NCBI GenBank assembly: GCA_965227835.1
Contig: OZ245768.1
Span: forward strand, 30,001 to 62,000
Reading direction: 5' to 3'
Source: Candidatus Saccharimonadota bacterium
GTDB taxonomy: Bacteria; Patescibacteriota; Gracilibacteria; BD1-5; UBA6164
Length of the DNA stretch: 32,000 nt
The notes beneath the pieces are model-generated. The model ran no database searches, was not told the DNA's origin, and saw nothing but the letters and a program-made list of their open reading frames with translations. This document shows positions 21,878-31,181 of the stretch, one piece after another. Made by a program: the position numbers and the translations under genes. Every line of letters begins with the position of its first letter. Within the stretch, counting starts at the first letter, position 1.

Positions 21878-22536
21878 CGGGATAAAAACCCCTATCTTTA
21901 GATAGTTAAGACACCGAAGGTGTAAGTGATAGAAATTGAATAAATGAGATGTGTTGTGACATAGGGTTTTAAACCCCGTTGCCTTCAGGCCGATTCTAAA
22001 GAAAAAAGTGTAAAAAATCAATAGAATAAATAAAATAGTGTTAAAAACTAACACTAGAGAGAATGAAATACCAAAAAAGTAGTCATGCGACATATGATGT
22101 CAGATACCATATAGTATGGATAACAAAATACAGAAATCCATTCATGAAAAAGAGATACAAGATAGATTGGAAAAGATCATAAGATGAATAAGTAAAAAGC
22201 TATGAGTAATAATAATAAAGATATGAATGGAAGAAGATCATGTACATATGTATTGTAGGATACCGTTAACTAAACCAATATCTACAATAGTATGACATAT
22301 AAAGTGAGAAAGTTCTAAGGCAATAAAGAGGTATTTTTACAAAGAAATTAAGAGATGGTATTGGAAGACATGAAATATATGGTGAGTATGATATTTTGTA
22401 TCTAGTGTATGAGAGATAAATTGAGAAATAATATCTAATTATGTGGAACAACAGTGAGAAGAAGAGAATAAGATTGAAGAGATAGAGCTTTAAATTTCAG
22501 TACAAATAAAAGCCCCGTGCCTTCAGGCCGGGGTAG
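21878..22536 (+). mobile_element. IS200/IS605-family insertion sequence (tnpA only); boundaries approximate
   Basis: tnpA is flanked by similar subterminal hairpins: ccccgttgccttcaggccg (around 21973..21991) and ccccgtgccttcaggccgggg (22513..22533). The size is in the usual IS200 range. Confidence 0.6.
22063..22493 (+). pseudogene. tnpA: IS200-type HUH/Y1 transposase TnpA, interrupted by a -1 frameshift in an A5 run (22147..22151)
   Basis: Frame 1 reads MKYQKSSHATYDVRYHIVWITKYRNPFMKK. Frame 0 reads EIQDRLEKIIRGISKKLGV...EEDHVHMYCRIP...HIKGESSK...WGVGYFVSSVGEINGEIISNYVEQQ. Several conserved Gly are TGA, so the element uses table 25. Confidence 0.85.
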
Positions 22537-22563
22537 AAGAAAAGCTAAAACTTTTTTACTCAT
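22537..22563 (-). pseudogene. Orphan gene start (MSKKVLAFL...) with strong Shine-Dalgarno, reading into the IS right end
   Basis: The minus strand reads GGAGGTGtaaaATGagtaaaaaagttttagcttttctt. The SD is the complement of 22568..22574 and the ATG is at 22563..22561. Confidence 0.4.
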
Positions 22564-22674
22564 TTTACACCTCCAAAGTGTTTTAGCAAACCCTACAAAA
22601 TATAGGTCTGCCATTAAAGTTAAAATTTAACAGAAAGACAGACTCTTTCTATTTTGTGTTATATATTATATTTA

Positions 22675-22703
22675 TTTAATATATATTTGTCAAGTTTTTG
22701 TGA
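22675..22703 (-). promoter_or_regulatory. Consensus sigma70-type promoter TTGACA-17-TATAAT
   Basis: The minus strand reads cTTGACAaatatatattaaataaaTATAATat. The -35 is the complement of 22698..22703 and the -10 is 22675..22680, about 110 nt upstream of ATG 22563. Confidence 0.45.
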
Positions 22704-22762
22704 TTCTATTTTCTTAGCTGAAAGAATTGATGATAATTTTTTCTGTATATGAAGATTAAAAG

Positions 22763-22964
22763 TATAGTAAACTAAATTACTAGTTATCTTGATATATAAT
22801 ATGATGAATAAACTGGGTAATATTTTCTCAAAAAGATAAACTTCTTACAAGACCAAAGGGCTAAAGCCCTCTGTTGACAAACAATAAGAAATTGTTTTTT
22901 CAATTAAATTCGTATTTTAAAATAGTCTAATTTACAAGTTAGTTTACTATAAACATAAAAAAAG
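22763..22964 (-). repeat. Family-A composite repeat, long copy R2
   Basis: Aligns with 12001..12200 in the same orientation and contains caaagggctaaagccctctgttg at 22854..22876. Confidence 0.75.
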
Positions 22965-23003
22965 ACCAAGAGTTTTGTATAAAAAACTTTTGATCTTTTT
23001 TTT
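22953..23003 (-). terminator. Terminator after nrdB
   Basis: Stem 22963..22976 pairs with 22983..22996 (two G-T pairs) and has T-rich tracts on both strands. Confidence 0.55.
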
Positions 23004-23009
23004 CCCTAA

Positions 23010-24062
23010 TTAAAACTCCCAGCTTCAATTCATAGCACTTGATTGAGCATAGTTTACAACAGTGGACTCAAAAAAGTTACCTTTCTCTGAATTGTTATCT
23101 TGAAGTCTATCCAAATGCTTGTAAGGGTTTTTAGTGACATTTTCAAATAGTGGAGCTATACCCAACATATTAAGTCTTTTATTTGCTAACCATTTTGTAT
23201 AGTTTTCTACATTTTCATTACCCATTCAAATTATAGATTTTCAAAGTATATGCTTAGACCATTTTATTTCTTGATTTACAGCTGTCTCCATCATATCAAC
23301 TATCATTTTCTCATCATATATATCAGGAAATTCTTTTTTTATTTCTTTCATCATATTGGCAAATATAGTTACATGTGTAAGCTCATCTCTTCTTATATAG
23401 CTAATCATTCTATCACTAGCAACCATTTTTCATTGATCTGCAAGTGTATCAAAAAAAGCAAATCAGTTGTAAAAATATATACTTTCTAATAAGAAATTTC
23501 ATATTATTCATCTAAAAAAATTCTTATCACTTGGGTTATCTATAAAATCTTGATATATTCATCATATAAATTCATTTCTTTCAAGTAAGTGTTTGTCATC
23601 TCTCCAAAAGTAATATATATCATCTCTTTCTTTTGCATCTACTATTGTTTCAAGCATAGTAGCATAACTTTGAGAATGAATTGCTTCTTGGTAAGCTTGA
23701 ATAGATAAAAGAAGATTTACTTCAGGAGCTGTTATATACTCATTAAAATTTGGTAGATTTACTGTTTGTATTGAATCAAGAAAAATTAAAAAAGATAATA
23801 TTCATTTATATGCTCTTTTTTCCTCATCACTTAGTGCAGTTTTCATTTGTATTGCATCTTCTCATAAACCTGAAACTTTTTCTGGTACCCAAAAATTACC
23901 TACCATTACTTGATACATAGATTTTGCCCAAGAATATTTGGTGGCATTAAGCTGAAACAATCCCGTAGATTTCCCCTTTATAATTGTCCTTTTTGATACA
24001 TCATCATCTCATTTTGGATTAAAAATGAGATTAGCTTTCATTTTCTCTTCTTTTTTTGTCAT
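23010..24062 (-). CDS. nrdB: Class I ribonucleotide reductase beta subunit (350 aa)
   Basis: ...FLDSIQTVNL...QAYQEAIHSQSYATMLE...SYIRRDELTHVTIFANMM...NYAQSSAMNGSWEF. Track ORFs 23025..23225 and 23241..23426 share the frame. Confidence 0.9.
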
Positions 24063-24091
24063 TTTTATTTTTTAATTAAATAAATTATTTT

Positions 24092-26704
24092 TTATCAACT
24101 GCAACTTTCACATTCTTTTATTTCTAAGCTCATAGATCTAACATAGTAAACGGTTTTGATTCATTTTTCATGAGCTCTCATATAATACTCATATAATTCT
24201 CTAGGAGAAACATTTTGAGGATTTACTATCCACTCAAATGAAACAGATTGATCAATCCATTTATATATTGTAGCTACCATATCTATTACATCTTTCATAT
24301 TTAGACTTACATATTCTTTGTAATACCAAAAATTTTCCTCACTCAAATTTGGTGCCACATTAACAGATGGAGCAATAGCATTTGTTTCTACAAAGTATTT
24401 TTTATAAATAGGCAGTATTGAAGCCGTGGTTCATACTACTAAAGCTGTTGATGTATTAGGTGCTGGTGCTAGGTGATAAGCAAATCTAATTCATCATGAT
24501 TTAATATTCTTAATCAATTCTAACCATTTTTCAGATATTTTAGAATTGTTTTTAAACCAGTTTTTATCTTTTCATATCAAAATTCATTTTGACCATTCAC
24601 TTCACTCATACAGCTCATAACTTCCTCTTTCAAACGATAATTCATTACTTGATTTCAAAGAACTATATGCATATTTTTCAAATAAGCTATCTACTACTTC
24701 TCTAGCTTCTTCGCTATCATATGCCAGTTTATTTGTTGCTAAATATTCTGCTAGTCATAAAAATCAAATTCATACAGATCTATACCTTTTTGCTGTTCTT
24801 TCTGTTTCTTTTACAGGATAGAAATTTAAAGTTATTACATTATCAAGTAAACGAGTAACTATTGGAAATATCTCCTCTATATCTTTGTCTTTATTTACTT
24901 TTGCCACATTTACAGAAGCTAAATTACAAACAACACTATCTCAAGGTTCGTATCTAATATTTATAACTCAATCTTCTATTGTTTCTTCTATAAATTTTGA
25001 TGCACTTGTATTTTGACATATTTCTACACATAGCTGTGTAGAGTATATATTTCATGCATGCTTATTTGGATTTAGGTTGTTTACAGTATCTCTAAAAAAA
25101 GCATAAGGCATACCTGTTTCAACAGTTGCTTTCATATATGATTTGAATAATTCTTTGGAACTAACTGTTTCTTTTAATTCAAGTTTAGGATTTTGTTCGC
25201 ATTCGTGATAAAATTCATCAAATTCATCCCCAAAGTAATCTTGCAGTTTTTTTCAAGTTTTATCATATACTTCTTTTGGATCAAAAAGTGTCCAGTTTTC
25301 TCAATTTTTTACTCTTTTCATAAATAAATCAGGAAAACTCACAGAAGGGAATACATCGAAAGCCTTGCTTCTAATATCTCATGTTTCTGTTTGAAGTTCC
25401 AAGAAATCATATATATCTTTGTGGAATACATCTAGTGTTACAGAAATAGCTCAAGCTCTAGCTCAAAGTTGATTAACAGCTACAGCAGTATCATTTATAA
25501 CTTTTATCCAAGGATTTACTCATCATGCTGTTCATTTTATATTTCTTATATATGATCATTTACTTCTTATGTTTCATAAATAAACACCTATTCATCATCC
25601 AAATTTTGATACTTGTGCCATATTTTCAATAGAATGATATATAGCTCTTAAATCATCATCTACATTAAATTTAAAACAGCTTGATAGTTGATGAAAATTT
25701 GTTCTAGAATTTAGTAATGTAGGTGTAGGAAGACTTATTTTTCATGTTGCACATGCATCATATATTTTTTTAGCAAAAGATAGTCTATTTTCTTCTTTCT
25801 CAGGTATTGCCAAAAATAAAGCTATACTCATATACATTTCTTGTGGTAGCTCCCATACTACCTTGTTTGGATTCAGTAAATATCTTCTTTTATACATCAT
25901 AATTGTTGTATAATTGTAGTCAAAGTCATATTCTTTCTTCAAATATTCTCAAGCTTTTTTAATATCTTCTTTAGAATAGTAATCATAAAATTTTTTATAA
26001 TATATTCATTTTTTTACATAATTGTCAAATAGATCAACATAATGTTTGGCTTCATATATTTTTCTTATATCCATTTTTCTATTTTTCGAAGCTTCTTTAT
26101 ATAAATCAATTAATGCCAGCCTTCAGGCTATGAATTGCCAGTTTGTGTTTTCTACATTTATCAAATCTATAGCTGATTTAATCATCATTTTCGTTATATC
26201 ACTTGTTTTCATTCATTCAACTATGTATTTCTTTAAAGATTCTTCCAATTTTTCAAACTTACATTTTCTAGCTAATTTGTAATTAACTTTTTTATAAGTT
26301 TCTTTAACTTTTTCTATATCAAAATCTTCTGATTTTCAATTACTTTTTTGTATTTTCAATGTATTTTTTTCAAGCTTTTTCTCTACTTTCTCTTTAGATT
26401 TTTCTCTTTTTCTAGCTCTATTAGCCCTATATATTATAAAATCTTTACCTACATCAAAATATCATTCTTGCATCAAAACTTTTTCTATCTCATCTTGAGT
26501 TTCTTCTATTGTTAAAAATCATATTTCTCCTTTCTTTATCAAAATTTCCTTTAAATTTTGTACTACTATATCTGTTACATTCTCTATAAAAGACATATCA
26601 ATTTTACCTCTTGATATAGCTGCTTTTTCTATAGCATTTTCTATTCTACTTCTATCAAAAGCTACTAGGTCTCAACTCCTTGTTTTTATAAATTTAATTT
26701 TCAT
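24092..26704 (-). CDS. nrdA: Class I ribonucleotide reductase alpha subunit with N-terminal ATP-cone (870 aa)
   Basis: MKIKFIKTRSGDLVAFDRSRIENAIEKAA (ATP-cone); LSSCFKFNVDDDL; TQLCVEICQNTS; C-terminal ECESCSG. Track ORFs 24161..24358 and 25742..25942 share the frame. Confidence 0.95.
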
Positions 26705-27343
26705 CTTGTAAGAAAAATAAGATTCTAAAATAACGTCTAAATAATTTAATTAATTTTTATTTTTTTGCTACAATTTTTTATACAAGAATGTTAAAAAAAT
26801 ATCTGCAAAATGTTAAAAAGTAAGAATAAGCTTTTATTTTAAGAAAGTTTTTGATTTTAAATATCTTTTATAAAATATATTTGATTAGAGTAAATATTCC
26901 TTTAGTTTTTGACAAATTTTTAAGAATTATTTTTGTGTTAGTCTTTTATTCTACTTTATTTTCAAGAATAAATTGGAATTAGAAAATTTTTCTTATAATG
27001 AAAGTATTAGCAATGGATCAAGATAAAATGCAAGGGGTCAAGACCCCTTGTCCTGAGGAAATTCTGAAAAATTACCTTTCTGAATTAATAGCAGATTTGT
27101 GATAATAATTATTATCAAGATGGCAAGCCCCCTTTGCCATTAGGAAAACCTGAAAAATTCATATTTTGCTCTAATTGAGAACCTGAAAAATTCATTTAAA
27201 AGAAAAATAATCTTTTTTATTAATTTTCATTCAAAAATTCTTAGCTTAGAATATCTAAAAAAAAATTTATTAAAAATTACCTAAAAATGTTTATTTTTAT
27301 TTAAATGAAACAATTTTTTATAGTTTCCTAAATTTAAAATTAA

Positions 27344-27973
27344 ATGAAAAAAATGAACATATTTGTATTTGATACAGAGACTACTTGATTTGTGGATAAA
27401 AAAGAAACTGATTTAAATAAGCAACCCTATATAATTCAGTTTGCTTGAATACTTTGAGATGTAGATTTAAATTGAATATTTCATGAAAAAAAGAGAATAG
27501 ATGTGATGATAAAACCTCCTATTTCTATTCCTTATAATTCTTCTAAAGTTAATAACATATATGATATAGATGTTAAAGATAAACAAGCAATAGAGGTGAT
27601 AATTGATGATATTTTGTATTATATCAATACTCCTGATTTAATAGTATGACATAATATAGATTATGATACAGAATTGGTAAAGATAGAATTGTCTAGGCTT
27701 GGTAGATCTTATGATTATAAGCCTAAGCAAGTTTTTTGTACTATGAATGAAACAATAGATTATTGTAAACTTCCTAAAAAAAATGAAAATTCTTCTTGAT
27801 ATAAGAGGCCGAAACTTTGAGAGTTGCACAAGAAGTTATTTGGAGAATATTTTGTAGGGGCTCATGATGCTATGGTAGATGTAGAAGCTACTTTGAAATG
27901 TTTTGTAGAACTTTATAAGAATTGAATTGTGAAAATAGAAAAAAAACAAAATAATGTCATGACTTTGTTTTAG
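27344..27973 (+). CDS. DEDDh 3'-5' exonuclease, DnaQ / Pol III epsilon-like (209 aa)
   Basis: Exo I IFVFDTETTGF, Exo II LIVGHNIDYDTELV, Exo III GAHDAMVDVEATLKCF. Confidence 0.85.
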
Positions 27974-28022
27974 TTTAAATCTTTTTTAATAGTAAAATTT
28001 ATATTCTAACTTTATTGAAAAT

Positions 28023-28253
28023 ATGTCTAATTTTTGAGATCTAGTTAATATTGAAGAGTTTTGAGATAGGAGGCAGGAATTTAATATGGATAGAGGAGAT
28101 GTTACATTTTATTGTAAGGATTGTGAGAAAAAAACACAGGTTGATAGACCTAATCCTAAAGGTTATATTTTTGTGTGTAGAGTTTGTAGTTGAAAAAATG
28201 TAGCAATAGGTACTCTTGAATGAATAAATGAGAGGTTTAAAATAAAATCATAA
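28023..28253 (+). CDS. Small zinc-ribbon protein (76 aa), hypothetical
   Basis: The pairs CKDC...CRVC sit in MSNFGDLVNIEEFGDRRQEFNMDRGDVTFYCKDCEKKTQVDRPNPKGYIFVCRVCSGKNVAIG. Confidence 0.5.
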
Positions 28254-28259
28254 TTTAGC

Positions 28260-28868
28260 TTATATTTCTTTTCTTTCTTTCAGAGCATTTACTAGTGTTA
28301 AATTATCTGCATACTCTATATATCAAGAAGATAATCACCTAGAAAGCCTTGTTATAAAGACTTTGTGTTTTATTTTTCTTTTTTCTATTTCTTCTATTAT
28401 GTAGTTAGTGGTTGCTTCTCCTTCTATATTTGGATTTGTAGACATAATGATTTCTACTTTCTCTTCTGATTTTTCTATTCTTTCAAATAGGTTTTTGAAA
28501 TTTAAATCTCATACAAAGACTCAATTTATAGGGGATATAGCTCATCCTAGTATATGGTATACTCATCTAAATCATCAAGATTCTTCTATTGTTAGCATAT
28601 CTAGGTATTCTTCTACTACAGCTATTTGATTTTGATTTCTACTGCTATTGTCGCATATAGTGCATTTTTCTTTATTAATATCAGTGAGAGAGTTGCATAT
28701 AGTGCATTTTCAAATTTTTTCCTTTATGTTTGTCAGGTTTTGGCTTAGGTTTTCTATGTAGTTTTTGTTTGAGTTAAGCAAAAAAAAAGCTAGTTTTGTA
28801 GCTGATTTTTCTCATATTCATGGTAGAAACGAGATGGAGTTTATAAGTCTTTTTATAGCTTCAGGCAA
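28260..28868 (-). CDS. recR: Recombination protein RecR (202 aa)
   Basis: (TTG)PEAIKRLINSISFLPGIGEKSATKLAFFLL...CTICNSLTD..CTICDNSSRN...IAVVEEYLDMLTIEESGGFRGVYHILGGAISP...TNPNIEGEATTNYI. The start codon is uncertain (TTG 28868). Confidence 0.9.
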
Positions 28869-29164
28869 ATTTATTTTTTAATTGTATTTTTCTTTTATAT
28901 TATTTAAAACTATAGGCTTTGCAAGATGTTCCTGTATTTTACTAATTTATAATTGTAAAATTGAATAATACATACATTAGAACTTGCTAAAAATTGAATA
29001 ATACATAAATTAAGTAGCATTAAAAACTAAATAATATATACAATGAACTTATCAAATTATAATAAACATTGGAAAAAAGGTTTCTTTTATGCTTTTAAAA
29101 TTAAGGTTAATTTTTAGTAAAAACAAATATAAAAAATTAACTGAAAATATATTTCTCAAAAAAT

Positions 29165-30043
29165 TTAATATTTAAATATCTTTCTATATAAATTAGCAAA
29201 AAATAAATCTAAACATAGTTTTTGAGCTATCATATATAAAAATCATAGTATCCTATATTTTTCCAATTTTATTTTAGTTATTATGTAAAAAAGAAAATTT
29301 GGCAATTTACTTCAAGAGCTTTTTTTTAGCTCATTTATAGAATATGTTTTAAATATAAAATTTTCCAACTTTTTTCTTTCTTTCATACTTTGGTATACTT
29401 TACTTTTGCTGTCTTGTTTTGAATGTTGCCTATTTTTTACTAAATATTTTCAGGTATTTATAAATTTATACTTTTTCAACATTCTAAACCATAAATGATA
29501 ATCTTGAGAAGTCTTTAACTCATTTTCAAATACTCAAATTTCATTAAAAGCTTTTTTAGGAATTAACATAGTACATCCATTTAAAAATGAGTTTATAACT
29601 AATTTATATAAGAACTCTTTTTGATTATAATTAATTTTAATTTTATTAATTTCTTTTAAATTCTCATTCACGAAAATATAATTTGAAAAAGGAATGAGAT
29701 TATTTCTTTTTTTTATCTTTGATAAAAAATTTACTTGTACTTTAACTTTATCTTCTAAGTATAAATCATCATGGCTTAACCATGAAAAATACTCTCAAGT
29801 CATCTCTTTTATTCATAAATTTAAAGCACTTGCTACTCATCAATTTTCTTTGTATATGTATTTTATTTTGTCTCAATATGACTTTGCTATTTTTTCAGTT
29901 TCTCAATTATCATTAGATCAATCGTTTATAACTAATATTTCTATATTTTTATATGTTTGAGCTAATGCACTATTTATCGCTTCGGCTAAGTAGTTTCATC
30001 AGTTGTAAACAGGTATTATTATTGATACTTTAGGATTAAACAT
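29165..30043 (-). CDS. Glycosyltransferase family 2 (292 aa)
   Basis: [57 protein letters not shown]...WLSHDDLY... Confidence 0.85.
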
Positions 30044-30049
30044 AACATA

Positions 30050-31181
30050 TTATTTTAAAATTAATTCCCGGTCTTTAATTAGTTTTTTTATATCGTATTT
30101 TTTTATATTATTTTTAATTTTGTTTTTATCAAAATTAGTTTTTGTAATTATTTTCATTGCTTGAAGAAAACTTCTTTTATCCATATATGGTGTAATAATT
30201 CAATTTTCATGTATTTCAATCTTTTTACATTTTCAAAAGTTATTATTATTTCTTATAAGTTCTTTTGCTCAATATTTAAAATCATGAGTTATCACGGGGA
30301 TATTGCAAGATAGTGCTTCTAATATTACTCTTCAAAATCATTCATTTAAACTTGAAAATAGGAAATAATTAGACTTGTTTAAAAATTTATATACATTATC
30401 TTGTCTTCAAAGTAAATATATATTTTTGTTTCAAATCTTTTTTATTAACTCTTCTAAATCTTTTTTCTTTCTTCAGTATCATATAATTAAAAATTGATAA
30501 TTTTTATATTTTTTGTTAAATTCATTAAAACTATTTATTAAAAATTCTAAATTCTTAACTTTCTCTAATCTAGATACTGTTATAAAGTTTTCTTTTTTAT
30601 TATCAAATAGATTCATATATTTTTTAATAGGTTCTTTTTTTCTTTTTTCAATTTCATTTATATTTAGGGGATTATATAATATTTCTATGTTTTTATATCA
30701 CTTATTTTTTAGTTCTAAAGCCATTTCTTTAGAAATAGTTATTATTTTGTCGGCTTTTTTATAAAAATAATTAAAAAGATATTTATAAAAAAAAGATCAT
30801 TTATTCGTGTAAAAAGACAAAGAGTTATGTATAAAAATATAAATTTTACTCTTGTTTCAAAAAATTATCTTACTTATAATATTTGACAAATTTAAACTAT
30901 CTCAATGTGATATTGATATACATATATTTTCTTTTTTACAAATATTTTTATATTTTAATGCCCTTGAAAATAATTGATATAATAACACTAAAGGATTATA
31001 CGAGTGAATTTTTTCATTTAGGTTTATAATTTTATTTTTTATTCAAGTATTATTTTTTTTATCATATACTTGTACTATAATATCATTATTTTTTGAGGTA
31101 TCTAATAAAATCTGAAGGAAACTTTCAACTCATCAGATTAAATTTGTTTGATAAATTATGTGAAGAATATTTTTCTTCATT
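30050..31181 (-). CDS. Glycosyltransferase GT4 family, with one extra base in an A4/T4 run near codon 14 (frameshift or sequence error)
   Basis: ATG 31181 gives MKKNILHIIYQTN, then the frame changes at 31139..31142 to LIGGVESFLQILLD...FLFSSLNEGFGRVILEALSCNIPVITHD, ending at TAA 30052..30050. The length is 1132 nt, which is 1 mod 3. Confidence 0.7.

Noticed and set aside
21869-22093. 74-aa minus-strand ORF across the IS left end
   Set aside because: It runs antisense through the IS left-end structures and the tnpA start. It is only open because the region is AT-rich, and only its last part (below 21877) looks like real membrane-protein coding.
12001-22964. About 200-bp direct repeats R1/R2 as boundaries of an 11-kb mobile island
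   Set aside because: The interval contains murA and other core-looking table-25 genes. The repeats look like dispersed 3'-of-operon elements rather than att sites, although they could still mediate rearrangement.
26100-26135. Hairpin agccttcaggct resembling the IS-end and Family-A hairpins
   Set aside because: It lies inside nrdA and simply encodes the conserved segment WQFIAGRLAL on the minus strand, so the resemblance is probably coincidental.
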